Numbered from the stretch's first letter, positions 7,046 to 17,831 are shown. The stretch: 62,817 nt of DNA from a virus (IMGVR_UViG_3300023184_000121:1-62817); one strand, 5' to 3'. Program-made: numbers and translations. The notes: generated from the letters alone by a model not told the origin.

Positions 7046-10000
7046 TTAATCTTCTTCTTCTTCTTCCCCTTCGGCTTCTTTTCTTAGTCTTTCTGCTTCT
7101 TTGACGGCTTTTTCTTTTTCCATCAATTGCTTCATAAGTCCTTTGTTTGGTGACTTTACGCCAGTCAATTGAGCCTCTTCGGCTCCGGGCAAGAGTCGCA
7201 CTGTTTTGCCCTTGCGATCCACTTGAAACAATCCTCCAGCCTGAATGATATCCAAGGCAAACTTGGCGGCGTCAGCGTAATCCGCTGGCTCTGCGCCAGT
7301 TGTGGCCGCTCCATATTTGCCAAACAGCTCTTTTTCATTGAACCACAAAGCGGCCTGCATATCAGCAATCGTCACATTGATGCCAGCGCGAGCAAGCTTA
7401 GCTTGAGCGTCTTCCATAGTTGTCTGCTGAAAGGCTCGTTCGTTAGCGGCCCGGGGAGCTGCAAGCGGCGTCGTGCGATCTTGTACCCAGTTTTTGGCCG
7501 CTCTTCGCAACTCAGTCTTTCCCTTAAAGCCGCCAGTTCTGAATACTTTTTCCAGATGCTCGGCAAACTCAAGCAAGGCGCCGCTGTCTTCGAGTAATTT
7601 GTGAAATTCCTTCTTTGAAAGATTGGGCGCGTCTTCTCCGTAAAGGTACGGGGTCTCCTCACCTTTCTTAATAAGAACCCGTTCGGTGTAGTCTTTGCCT
7701 TTTTTAAGCGTTTGATTCCTGTTGTATTCCTCAATCAACGCATCTTCAAACCGTTCAAATTGGTTTCCTTCTTTCAGCGGATCATACTTGAATGAACGAC
7801 CGAGAATTCGATTCCAAGTACGGGTATACCAAAGGTCAGCAGTAAGGGTTGAGTAGTCGCCGTGCAGGTTGTTGATGAAAGACCCAATCTTGGGGCCAAA
7901 GATCATAAACCCGGTCACCATTTGATTTTTTCCTCCCTTAACCGACAGCGGCTCTCCGTTGTAGTACAAGGATGTGTCTTGTTTCAGTTTCTTGTTCCAA
8001 TTTGCAACAGTGTCTGTTTTGAACAAAATGGCTCGGAGTTGACTTGGCGTATGCCTTGTAAGCAACTCGTGCAATTTCAATATGTTGTTTTCAATTGCGG
8101 CAGTCTTGTCGCCAAACGTGCCGTGCAATGCGGTGACAATTTCTGGAAGAGTTTTTCCCTGCTCTAGCATTAGAGTCACCCGGGTTGCCATTTTGGCATT
8201 CTCAAAGACATCGTTGCCTTGAGATGCAATGCCAAGCACCGCATCAAAGATAAGGCTCTTGTCCGCGTCGTGCTTGGGAGAACCAACCTCAAGCCAAGGG
8301 AAGAGTTGAGAGTACATCCCCTTCATCCGCTTTAGGGCCGCGTCGTACCATCCGATTGCGTTTGGCGCTTTTGGATTTAGTGCGGCTCTTGCCATATGCT
8401 GCTGCACCTCGTCTGTAACAACAGATGAAATGATATCCATAGCCCTCGGACTGTAGTCTCCGGGCAGAATTACGCCATCACTAGCCGCCCGATTCTGCAA
8501 CGCATGAATCATGTCCGGGACGGCTGTTTCCCGCTTGCCTGCAAGCGTGTACGTTGACCTCACAGGCAGGATTTCGGTTCCTGCCAACAACGGACTGGCG
8601 CTTCGAGTCAGCGGATCCGTTGGGTACAGTTTGTCGATTATGTATTTGGCGTCGGAGTCACTGAGTCCGTACCGCTTGGCGTAGAGGGCGGGGTCGAAGA
8701 TGTAGCCTTGCGCTGCTGCTGCTTTGGCGTAGTCGATAAGAAGGCTATCGATACTTCGTTGTAATAAGGACTGTCCGCCGGAAGTGGCGTTGAGCCAATT
8801 CGGGAGAATTCTCTGCGAGTCTCTTCCCTTGAATATTTTTTCAGTTTCATAGAGCTCTGAGTCTACAAGTGTTTCGTGTACTTGATTAATTGATGCTGCT
8901 GTTTGGATTTCCTTGATCTTGTCTGCAAAGTTCTCGGTTCCAAAGTTTAGAGCTTTTATGCCCTTGCCGTCCGTTGTCGTAGAAACGTCTACGCCAACTT
9001 CTCTTGCTTTGTCAAAAACGAGCTTCAACTGGTCGTCAGTGAGCCTTTCAGAATGGATCAGGTATGCTGCCTGAATACCTTCTTTAAGGTCAATTGACGG
9101 CTTGTAGGTAATGCCAGCGTCTTGAGCAAAAGCAAGAGTTAGAAGCTGAGTGATTTGCTTCGCCTTGTCAAACGTAAGGTCGGGATGAACCAAATCAAAC
9201 GATGGCTCAACCTTGCCCTGCCAAGTTCCTGCAATTGGCCTAACATCAAGGCCATCAAGGCCGAAGAAGTCTTTCAGTATGCCGTTAAACCCATCGGATT
9301 TTAGAATGTCATGCACTGCGTCTCCCAGCTCTGCCATACTACGAATTCCAAGCGGATTGGCGGTGAATGGAGCAGGGGTTGCCTTTAATGACATCTCTTC
9401 AAACGACCTGTTTAGCTTTTTCACTTGAGCTTTCCACGCGGCATCTTCCGGGCTCATATTCTGCATCTTTTCCGGGAACTGCGAGCGCATCTCTTCAATC
9501 TGAGTGTCCAGCAAGGCAATTTTTTCCGCATAGGCGGCTTTTTTCGCCTCAAACTCCGCTGCTTTTTCAGGCTTCTTTGCGTTCTTGGCCGACTCGTCCG
9601 CTTTAGCAATTAACTCAAGTTGGCGTTGCTTTTTAAGCTGCAATTCGCCCCACGTTTCAACTGCTGCCTTTTGGCCGGAAATTGTTTTAAGCGTATCCCT
9701 TAGCTCGGATGCTGTTCTAAAGCTGTACCCGTGCTCTCCGGGCTTGGCGCCGATAACAATGCTGAACATCCCACGTTCATCAGTGATGGTTTTCGGCGTG
9801 AACGTAAGGGGACTAAGTTCTAGGTCGCCTACAGCTTTCTCCCCGGGCTCCCCGGCAAACCTTGGTTGGTTTATGGATTGAGTGCTTTGCGCCCCGGGAG
9901 AGCCCTCGTTGGGGAGGCTGAATTTAGGCCCGCCTTCCCAGTATTCTGGAGCCTTTGGATCGGTCAAAAACGGCTTCAGCTCGGCGTACCTCTCTTGGCT

Positions 10001-13000
10001 GATTTTGCCGTTCATCAGCTTGCCTCTCATCAGCTTGTTGAACTGCTCAATCGTCGCAACGTCCGCTTCTGTCGCAAACCGAAACGGAGTGTCGATCAGG
10101 TGTATTTTTTCTACTCCGTTTGCATCGATCCCGGAAACAACATTTCCGGCGTGAGCATCCTGAAGAAACACTTTCGCCTTGGGGTTGTAGTATTCTAAGT
10201 GCTTGTAAGACGGAACTTTGAAAAAGTTTCTTTCTGCCAAGAAGTCGCTGATTTGATCTTGAGACAATGGAGTTTTGCTGATTTTGACGTAGGGCTGTCT
10301 TGTGACCACATATGCCCCGGCGCGGCGCGGATCCGTGTATTCGGCACCGCCTCTGAACATCGCAAGCGCATCAAGCGCACTTGAGCCTAGAACAGACTCA
10401 GCATTGAGATCGTTCAAGAACTCAGGCTCTCCCGAATCTGGCTTTACCTTTTGATCATGTACTCCCTGAATTGAAATTTCCGTTTCCGGGAAATAACGAT
10501 TGTGGATTTTGATTCTGTCAAAGTAGTCGCTCCAGTTGTTGTGGAACAACGGAATGTTCGTTCGCTTTTCAACAAATGGACTCCCCTTATCAAAGGCAAC
10601 AAGGTGCTCTGCTCCCTTCGTTCCTCCCGACTCTCTCCACCGTTTCAAAAAGTCAGAGGGATCCAGCAGCATATCATGCTGCGCTGCCGCCTCAACTAAG
10701 GCCGCGTCCTGTGCGTGTTTTGCGTCCCTAGATGATTGCCTGCTCTCAGATTCGCCTCGAACTCTTTTTGCCTCGCTATCCGTTCCTCGAACGGCGTCTT
10801 CGAGTAGTCTTGCACTGCCGCGAATCTCGCCGGAAGGTCTCCCAGCCTCTTGTGGATCTCGGTCGCGTCCTGCTCCACCAAGGCGAGCCTCTTCTCTAGT
10901 GTCTCGTTGTCCATATTTAATAATATCTGTAAACTCTTTGTCTTCTTTTGGTGCCGCTTCTGTCAAGTTGAATCGGGTGTCGCTTCCGGCTTTCTCCCCG
11001 GGCTCCCCGGCGAACCTTGCCTGCCCGGCCTTAACGGCGCTTTGCATTTCGGGCGTGATGGCTACCTTCCAGATGGGGGCAAGTTCTGGGTTTTCAAATA
11101 CTTCTCCAGCTTTAGTTTCAGATCGATCAATGGCTCTCTGAGCGCCTTCACGGCTAGTGTATCCGTCGTCTGAAGGAATATCTCTGTTCCCGCGAACCGA
11201 CCATGCCATATCAGTTACAACGTCAGACTTTTCAACACTTGCCCCCCACTGCTTGACGTATTTGCCAATCTCCTTTGGAAGCATGACGTCGTAAAAGCCC
11301 TTCATGCCTTCTCCGCCAAGCTTTAAATCAACGCCATCGTATACTTCTCTATCTCCAGCTTCTTTTTGATTTTCGACTATTTTTTTTGCCAGTTCTTTGC
11401 CAATTGTCGCTTCAAGCTCGGACTCGGTTGTGATTCCTTTTTGAAAAACAGCAACTCCTTGATCTCTACCTTCAATGTGCCAGCCATCTTCTTCCCTGCA
11501 AACAAGCAAAGCGTCAATTTTTGAGGCTAATTTATATCGATCAGCCTGCGCCTCCCCGGCAGTCCATCCAATCCACTCTTTGCCGTCGGCAACGGCTTTC
11601 TGTAGCGCGTACTTGAAAAGCTGAATGCTGTAATCATTGCGAAACGGAGCGTCTGAAATGCCTTTTGTATAATGCTTTTCCTTGCCTGACTTGTGCGCCT
11701 CCATTTCGGACTCAACGTCATGTAAGGCAAGGTTTATAACGTCAATTTCGTTTAAAATTTTTGCTGTGGATTCATTGATTTGATCAACTTTTTTAATTTG
11801 CTCTGCGCTCATTTCATCCCGCCTGCCCGGCATTGATCGCAATTCTTTGCGAGCGTCTTTGTAAGCCTTAAAAAGCCTTTCGCTTTCTTCATTTAAAACA
11901 GCAATGTCCGACTCGTATTTTGGGCGCATCGCCTCAAACGAGATTCTTTCCCTGTATCCAATCGGCTTATCGTTTTCGTCTTTTTTGCGAGCATCCTTAT
12001 GCAAATCAGACTGCAACTCTTCGATCAAGCGACCAGTGCCGTGGTCTGCTGTCCTCATGTGCGCGACGTAGTTTTCAACGTCTTGAAAGTGGCGAGATGT
12101 GTAAGATCTAATTTTGTACTGGCCTGAATTTATCCTGTCCGAAAGCATCTTAAAAGCAGCATCTTGCGTCGGCCCGTAGCCATAGTTTGTTAAATTCGGA
12201 ATTCGTGCCTGAATGCCATCTTCGGTCTTTGTGTATGTAACATCAGACGGGTCAAAAACAGGCGGCATACGGAGAATAACTTCTTCGTAGTTCTTACCCC
12301 CGGGAAGCGCGTACTGGGAATATGTGGTCGGGTCTTGGCCCCTAACCTCTCGCATCCCAACCATCGACTCAGCATCCGCCTGAATAGACTCATCAATCGC
12401 GTCTAAAGCTTCTTGCTCAGATTCGTAACTTCTTTCAAATCTATGATACGAGCCGTCATCAAGCCTAGTCCTTTGAATTATGCTATCACTAAGGGCATCA
12501 ACAATGTTCCATTCTCCAGTTTCGCTTATGCTCGCATAAAGGTCAGAGTCGTTTTTCAACTCTGAGTACAGCCTCCTTATGCCGTCATCCATTGCCTTTT
12601 TGGCGGCTTCGTATGTGTCGTAAGTCTCGGTCTCTCCTTGGTACGTTACGTCATATTTTGAAATCTTGTCATTCTGACTGAATGTTTGAACTTCAAATTT
12701 TGCGGCGTAGTTGCTCTTCAAAAAGTTGGCAATGTCCTCTTTGGACACAAAGCCTTTTTCGGCCTGCAACTTCTCAATGTGGGGAATGATTCCACTCCAC
12801 TTTAGCTCGTCTGGCTTAACTCCAGACCCTTTTTGCGGATCCAGAATACCCTTAATTTGCTCGGCAGACGCCTTGCTTGGCATTTTGTCCAGCAACACTC
12901 GCCCGGCCTTAGAGTAGAAGCCGGGAGCAACCATAGTCGGGTCTTCCTCTGCTTCCGGGCGCTCTCCAGCAAACTTAACTCTACTGATGTTTCGCGCAAC

Positions 13001-16000
13001 AATCCCTCCCCTTGGCGCCGGGCGCGGCTCAATTGCTTCGACATCGCTAAGCGGGAACCCCCACTTGGAAGCGCCGGGCTTGATGTCGTATTTGGATCCA
13101 GCAGGCACAAGGTGTCTACGCTCGTCTGCCCGGAAGCTCGCCTCGTCCTTGTACTCGATCGGCTCTCCGATATTTGCAAAGCCAACAATCTTGGCGTCGT
13201 CCGCTGTCTTCTTAGTTGAAATAAGCCCAACGCGCTTGCCAATGTAGGACTTTAGCGAAATTGGGTTATCGCGGGTCTCAATCGTCTTTTCTCCGCTCAG
13301 GATTTGAGCCGTAAACGGCAACTCAGAATCGTTGATGTTGATTCCCATCCGAGGCAAGACGCGCTCGGTTTCTTTGGCTTGCCGTTGAGGAGCCGTCTCC
13401 GGCGTCTGCCCCGCCTCACGAGGCTCCCCGGCAAGGTTGTAGATTGCCTTTCCGTAGTCTACCGGGAGCTTCGGCGCTGTAGGATCCGGGTTCAAAACAA
13501 TCCCGGCGATGTGCCGCAAGTTTCTCGAGCGAACAAGCACGTTCGGGTTGGATGACTTCTCATCAGCCTTTTGTTCAGCCGTCAGCTTAACATTCGGGAG
13601 CACCGTCCTGTCGTCATTTGTGTGGACGGTCTCTTTGTTGTACATATTCAAAAAGTCATTGAATACGTCGCGCTTTTGCTTGGCCTTTGCCTCGTTTGCG
13701 TCAAGCCCCACCCAGCCTTCTCGCCCCTCCATCCAATTGCGAAGGTACACGTTAGCAAACTCGTTAACAAAATTGTTTTTGTTGAAGTTCCAGTCCTTCA
13801 GACGACTGGGCATATGCTGCGCCCAACGGTCGAGCTTCTCTTCCATCGAGGAGACGTCAAACGTCGTGACTAACCAAGTGCCAGCCTTTGAAAGGTGAAG
13901 CCCAATCGGAACCATCTCGACGTGCTTTGGCGAAAACTCGACGTAGGATCCGTTGCGAGCGTATCGGTTGGCGTAGTCAATAATGTAGCGTGATCCGTCG
14001 GCCCGATCAATTGCGTCAGTGAGCGTAAACAACAGCGTCTTTACGGATAGCGGAACGACGTTTTCTGGCAGTGCTGCGATTGCCCTTTTTTGCGCGTCCG
14101 TAAGCTTGCCGCGATACGTTAAGCCGTCTTCGGAAACAGCCCGGAACCTTCCCGGGGTGCCTTCATCTCCAGAGTTGTCGATAGCGTAGCGAATTGCTGC
14201 CTCTCGATTTCGGATGGTCTTCTTTACGTTAGCTCCACCGAGTTCAACGGGAACTCCGTTGTTATCGTAAATAACCTCTCTGCGAATTGTGACCTTCCCG
14301 CCTTCAGGCACGTTAATGAAGTCCGGGAGGGATCCAAATCCCCGCACTCGCTTTGGCTCTGCCTTCCCCGTCTCCGGGTTAACGGAGTGCTCCCAATCAC
14401 CTTCAAAAGTGCCTTCAGGCAGATCAACAATTTGCTTCTCTCCGGCACTGTTTTCGATTGTAGCGCGAACCCGGGTCGCAAACATCCCGTCGTCTTTTGC
14501 GTAGTGATCGACGAGCTTTTTGTTCTTGGTGAATTCGCCCTTGGTGATTTTTGGGGTCACCTTCGAGTTGTTGTACTGCATCTGCCCTTGCAAATCCGAA
14601 ACAGCGCGAAGCACTCGAATATTTGCGTCCACCAACTCTTTTGAAAAACGAACCCCTGTCTCTCCACCAGTATAGTCTCCAGCAGATAAATTTGCCGCCT
14701 CCCTGACAGCGTTCCCGAGATTTGTCTCCGCCATGTACTTGGTCGTGAACCAGTCCAGCAACCCGGCAACCGGGCCAAATCTGTTGGAATTAATGCCATG
14801 CAGGAATCCTGAACCGATCAAATCGGCCAGCACTTCTTCTTTCATGTACTCAACAGCGGCAACATCGTTGACCTTGTTGTTTTCAGCATCCCACAGACCG
14901 TTTGACTCGCACCATTTTTGGAAGTCGTTGTCCTTTAACCCGCCAAGATATTCTTCGCGAAAAAGCTTCAGCAGTTCTTCCGGCTTCAAAGCCCCCTCTT
15001 CTTTCCGAAGCACCTCTCCATTCAAGTCGACGTCTTCATGTCCAAATAGGTACGCGACAATTCCTGCGTACTTTTCATTGAACTCCTGTCGGTCTCGAGC
15101 GGCGTGCCCGGCCTCGTGCGCTATCAGTTGAGCCAACGGCTTATTGTGCGCCGTCTGAGCTTGATTCACGCGATCCATGTTGATGATGAGCGCGTCTTTC
15201 AAGGGATCAAAAACAATTGCCCCTTCGGACGTTTTGATCTGACCATTTGGAAGCATGACGTCTCCAGAGCGGAGCATTCGCATTCCCCGGCGATTCGCCA
15301 TATCCCGTAAGATTGCGTCGTTATGAGCTTCCACTTCGGGCGTAGCGTTTGTGAATAGAAGCGGGTTTGCGGCGCGTAGCTTCTGATAAATCTCCTCCCC
15401 GGTGAGAAGCTCAATACCAAGCGTCTTCCCGGGTGTCAGGGCGCCGGAGTACGTCTGATCAATATCCGCCATCAGGTGACCCATTTCGCGCTTGTACGCG
15501 AGCCTAGTGCCGTTTGTAGCGTTCTCCATCCCGTGATACTGGGCGGCGAGCCGCCTTGCCTTAGCTTCAGACTCAGACAACTTTGCCTGAGCCGCCTCGA
15601 TTCCATCATGGGCAGCCTGAACTTGTTCCGGCGTGCCCCCTCCAAAAACAGCCTGCTGCCTCGCGGCCTCGGCCTGCTGAAGCTCTTGTTCTGCCTCGAG
15701 AACTTTGGAGTGCTCTTTTTCAAAAGCGATTCTGTTTTGTTCAATAACAGCCTCCCAGCTCCCTACTCTTTCAAAGTTTGCACGAGCCTCCGGGGACATC
15801 GCATTAATTGTGATGCGGGCCTGATGGTCGTTACGATTATTTTCGGCGGCTGCCACTTTTGGGTCTTTCCCCATCGCGTGCGAGTATACCCCCGTGATCC
15901 ACGATAGGTATGCGCCCTCTCCCCAAGTGTCCAACATCCCGACGGCGTCTTGGTTATTAAAGATACCAAGCGGGATGGCAAGCTTACCCATCTCTACGCC

Positions 16001-17830
16001 CCGCCCGATGTAGTCTGTCAAGTTTCTGGCGGCCCAAGAAATCGATGAAGGTTTTACGCCAACCTTTTCAGCGGTAGCCGCAAGACCTTTCGTCCATCCC
16101 GAGGACTCTGGCATGATCGACGCCGCCGTAAACGCATCAATACGCCCTCCTCCAGCCGCCCTCCTGCCCCGGATAAGGTCTCTGGCAACCATCGGGGCAG
16201 CCAATAGCCCGGCGCCGCCAAGAGCGCCGTAAATGAACCCTTGTGACGGGTTGTCGCTGTTTATCGCACTTCCCGCAGCCCCAGCTACGCCCGCCGCCCC
16301 GGTCACCTCGAGGGCACGCCTAGCGGCGCCTTGAGCCTCTTTTGGAAGCTTTGATATAGCGTCATCAATGCTGTTCGAGATTCCCTGAATCTTTTGACCT
16401 GCTTTTTCAGCAAGATTTCCGGCGCCAATCACGACATCTCCAGCAACGTTTCCCTTTTGAATAGCCTCTGCCTCGGCTTGCAGTCTCGCATTTCGTAGTG
16501 CATCGGCAGCCTCTGGGCCTTGCTCAATATAAGCAAGCTTCTCTTCCGCTTGAAGCCCAGCGGTCTCAGCATTAAATCTTTCCAGATACCGCGCTTTTGC
16601 TGCGCCGGACATCCCGGACGTCTCGCGATTAATTGCTCTGGATACCGCTTTTTCAATGCGCCTAGCAGTGCTAAATCCATGAAGTATTTTTTCGGCGTAC
16701 CAAAACTCATTTCCGCCGGGAACCGCAAAAGAGGCGAGCAATTCGGCGTCTGGGTTCTGCTTGTATTTTTCGGTTTCCTGCATCAGATCCTGAATGATCT
16801 GATCCCCGGCGCCCTTGGCTTGTTCTACCCTAATTTTTTCGGCATTCTCCCTAGTGCGCTGCCCCGGGGGCAACGAGGCCATAATATCTTCAACAGTTGG
16901 CCCGAGCGTCCGCACTGCTGCTGCTGCTGTTGCCCTTGATGCCGGATTGTCTATGATACGAGATAAGACGTGCGGGTTGTCGTAGTCGTACCATGCATTT
17001 CGAGCCCTCGCCGCTTCCCGGTCATACGCATTTTGAAGCGTTTCTTCTCGAGACTGAACGTGCCCGTCCCAGTCAGACGGGTAGTTTTCATTTATCAGAT
17101 CCACAAAGGCATTTCCGCCTTCAAAGTTTTCTTTTACGCCTCTGGCGATATGTTCGGCAGTGCTTGCAATGACGTTTACTGGGGCAAACAGTGTCCCGGT
17201 ATCATCTCTGCTTTGTTGCGTGTTTCGACGCTTTGCGGCGACGGCAGGGTCTTCAAAATCCTGCTCCAATGAACTGCCATCAACATCCCCGGCGCCAAGG
17301 TCAGCTATTTTTCTAAGGGCAGCCATCCCATAGTCAAAGGCGCCAACTCCAAGGCTTTTAGCCATGTGTGGAGCAGACTTTATGATTTTGCCAACCGCTT
17401 CTCCGACAACATCCGAAGCCGGGCGATTCCTTTGATACTCCTGCTTGATGTCGCTCTGTTCCTTGCTCATCAAGTGCCAAGGAATGTACTCATTAATTTT
17501 CTCAATCCTCTTTGGGTCTCGCTCCAGTCCAAGAAGATCAATTTCTTCTGGGGTCTGCTGGTGAGGCCCGCGAGCGTTCATCTCGGCGAGGCGCTCTGCA
17601 AATGGATCCGGCGCCTCTTCGTTTGCCCTTCCTAGATTAGACAGTAAATTTCCGCCGCCAAAAGTTCCGTAATTCCCCATCGAGGATCCCATCGAGGATC
17701 CCGCTGCTGGCGCCGATTCACCTGCGCTTGCTTGTGTCGCTGGCTTCTGTCCAGAAGGCTCTCCGAGTGCTTGTTTCTTTAAGCGCTCAATGTCTGCCGC
17801 CACTAAAGGGTCAATGGATTCGTCTGGCAT
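7046..17830 (-). CDS. Giant polyvalent (probably ejected) protein, 3594 aa: zincin HExxH, ASCH, LPD-type region, polyvalent kinase, HhH-glycosylase-like C-terminus
   Basis: HEAGH; FTAQILSGEKTIETR (ASCH); FYSK...GVKPDELKW...LPGGKNYEE...IEELQSD; GAEH...QPY...DAHAGNV...IDTP; WY...GPKIGSF...TADLW...QAALW; last gene of the ejection cluster. Confidence 0.85.
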   Translation of the reverse strand: MPDESIDPLVAADIERLKKQALGEPSGQKPATQASAGESAPAAGSSMGSSMGNYGTFGGGNLLSNLGRANEEAPDPFAERLAEMNARGPHQQTPEEIDLLGLERDPKRIEKINEYIPWHLMSKEQSDIKQEYQRNRPASDVVGEAVGKIIKSAPHMAKSLGVGAFDYGMAALRKIADLGAGDVDGSSLEQDFEDPAVAAKRRNTQQSRDDTGTLFAPVNVIASTAEHIARGVKENFEGGNAFVDLINENYPSDWDGHVQSREETLQNAYDREAARARNAWYDYDNPHVLSRIIDNPASRATAAAAVRTLGPTVEDIMASLPPGQRTRENAEKIRVEQAKGAGDQIIQDLMQETEKYKQNPDAELLASFAVPGGNEFWYAEKILHGFSTARRIEKAVSRAINRETSGMSGAAKARYLERFNAETAGLQAEEKLAYIEQGPEAADALRNARLQAEAEAIQKGNVAGDVVIGAGNLAEKAGQKIQGISNSIDDAISKLPKEAQGAARRALEVTGAAGVAGAAGSAINSDNPSQGFIYGALGGAGLLAAPMVARDLIRGRRAAGGGRIDAFTAASIMPESSGWTKGLAATAEKVGVKPSSISWAARNLTDYIGRGVEMGKLAIPLGIFNNQDAVGMLDTWGEGAYLSWITGVYSHAMGKDPKVAAAENNRNDHQARITINAMSPEARANFERVGSWEAVIEQNRIAFEKEHSKVLEAEQELQQAEAARQQAVFGGGTPEQVQAAHDGIEAAQAKLSESEAKARRLAAQYHGMENATNGTRLAYKREMGHLMADIDQTYSGALTPGKTLGIELLTGEEIYQKLRAANPLLFTNATPEVEAHNDAILRDMANRRGMRMLRSGDVMLPNGQIKTSEGAIVFDPLKDALIINMDRVNQAQTAHNKPLAQLIAHEAGHAARDRQEFNEKYAGIVAYLFGHEDVDLNGEVLRKEEGALKPEELLKLFREEYLGGLKDNDFQKWCESNGLWDAENNKVNDVAAVEYMKEEVLADLIGSGFLHGINSNRFGPVAGLLDWFTTKYMAETNLGNAVREAANLSAGDYTGGETGVRFSKELVDANIRVLRAVSDLQGQMQYNNSKVTPKITKGEFTKNKKLVDHYAKDDGMFATRVRATIENSAGEKQIVDLPEGTFEGDWEHSVNPETGKAEPKRVRGFGSLPDFINVPEGGKVTIRREVIYDNNGVPVELGGANVKKTIRNREAAIRYAIDNSGDEGTPGRFRAVSEDGLTYRGKLTDAQKRAIAALPENVVPLSVKTLLFTLTDAIDRADGSRYIIDYANRYARNGSYVEFSPKHVEMVPIGLHLSKAGTWLVTTFDVSSMEEKLDRWAQHMPSRLKDWNFNKNNFVNEFANVYLRNWMEGREGWVGLDANEAKAKQKRDVFNDFLNMYNKETVHTNDDRTVLPNVKLTAEQKADEKSSNPNVLVRSRNLRHIAGIVLNPDPTAPKLPVDYGKAIYNLAGEPREAGQTPETAPQRQAKETERVLPRMGININDSELPFTAQILSGEKTIETRDNPISLKSYIGKRVGLISTKKTADDAKIVGFANIGEPIEYKDEASFRADERRHLVPAGSKYDIKPGASKWGFPLSDVEAIEPRPAPRGGIVARNISRVKFAGERPEAEEDPTMVAPGFYSKAGRVLLDKMPSKASAEQIKGILDPQKGSGVKPDELKWSGIIPHIEKLQAEKGFVSKEDIANFLKSNYAAKFEVQTFSQNDKISKYDVTYQGETETYDTYEAAKKAMDDGIRRLYSELKNDSDLYASISETGEWNIVDALSDSIIQRTRLDDGSYHRFERSYESEQEALDAIDESIQADAESMVGMREVRGQDPTTYSQYALPGGKNYEEVILRMPPVFDPSDVTYTKTEDGIQARIPNLTNYGYGPTQDAAFKMLSDRINSGQYKIRSYTSRHFQDVENYVAHMRTADHGTGRLIEELQSDLHKDARKKDENDKPIGYRERISFEAMRPKYESDIAVLNEESERLFKAYKDARKELRSMPGRRDEMSAEQIKKVDQINESTAKILNEIDVINLALHDVESEMEAHKSGKEKHYTKGISDAPFRNDYSIQLFKYALQKAVADGKEWIGWTAGEAQADRYKLASKIDALLVCREEDGWHIEGRDQGVAVFQKGITTESELEATIGKELAKKIVENQKEAGDREVYDGVDLKLGGEGMKGFYDVMLPKEIGKYVKQWGASVEKSDVVTDMAWSVRGNRDIPSDDGYTSREGAQRAIDRSETKAGEVFENPELAPIWKVAITPEMQSAVKAGQARFAGEPGEKAGSDTRFNLTEAAPKEDKEFTDIIKYGQRDTREEARLGGAGRDRDPQEAGRPSGEIRGSARLLEDAVRGTDSEAKRVRGESESRQSSRDAKHAQDAALVEAAAQHDMLLDPSDFLKRWRESGGTKGAEHLVAFDKGSPFVEKRTNIPLFHNNWSDYFDRIKIHNRYFPETEISIQGVHDQKVKPDSGEPEFLNDLNAESVLGSSALDALAMFRGGAEYTDPRRAGAYVVTRQPYVKISKTPLSQDQISDFLAERNFFKVPSYKHLEYYNPKAKVFLQDAHAGNVVSGIDANGVEKIHLIDTPFRFATEADVATIEQFNKLMRGKLMNGKISQERYAELKPFLTDPKAPEYWEGGPKFSLPNEGSPGAQSTQSINQPRFAGEPGEKAVGDLELSPLTFTPKTITDERGMFSIVIGAKPGEHGYSFRTASELRDTLKTISGQKAAVETWGELQLKKQRQLELIAKADESAKNAKKPEKAAEFEAKKAAYAEKIALLDTQIEEMRSQFPEKMQNMSPEDAAWKAQVKKLNRSFEEMSLKATPAPFTANPLGIRSMAELGDAVHDILKSDGFNGILKDFFGLDGLDVRPIAGTWQGKVEPSFDLVHPDLTFDKAKQITQLLTLAFAQDAGITYKPSIDLKEGIQAAYLIHSERLTDDQLKLVFDKAREVGVDVSTTTDGKGIKALNFGTENFADKIKEIQTAASINQVHETLVDSELYETEKIFKGRDSQRILPNWLNATSGGQSLLQRSIDSLLIDYAKAAAAQGYIFDPALYAKRYGLSDSDAKYIIDKLYPTDPLTRSASPLLAGTEILPVRSTYTLAGKRETAVPDMIHALQNRAASDGVILPGDYSPRAMDIISSVVTDEVQQHMARAALNPKAPNAIGWYDAALKRMKGMYSQLFPWLEVGSPKHDADKSLIFDAVLGIASQGNDVFENAKMATRVTLMLEQGKTLPEIVTALHGTFGDKTAAIENNILKLHELLTRHTPSQLRAILFKTDTVANWNKKLKQDTSLYYNGEPLSVKGGKNQMVTGFMIFGPKIGSFINNLHGDYSTLTADLWYTRTWNRILGRSFKYDPLKEGNQFERFEDALIEEYNRNQTLKKGKDYTERVLIKKGEETPYLYGEDAPNLSKKEFHKLLEDSGALLEFAEHLEKVFRTGGFKGKTELRRAAKNWVQDRTTPLAAPRAANERAFQQTTMEDAQAKLARAGINVTIADMQAALWFNEKELFGKYGAATTGAEPADYADAAKFALDIIQAGGLFQVDRKGKTVRLLPGAEEAQLTGVKSPNKGLMKQLMEKEKAVKEAERLRKEAEGEEEEED
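9834..9864. repeat. 31-bp direct repeat, copy A (RFAGEPGEKA linker)
   Basis: gctttctccccgggctccccggcaaaccttg; one mismatch to 10989-11019. Confidence 0.9.
10989..11019. repeat. 31-bp direct repeat, copy B (RFAGEPGEKA linker)
   Basis: gctttctccccgggctccccggcgaaccttg. Confidence 0.9.
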
Positions 17831-17831
17831 A

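Noticed and set aside
17676-17703. 12-bp tandem duplication cccatcgaggat
   Set aside because: Short in-frame slippage repeat (SSMG x2) in a disordered N-terminus.
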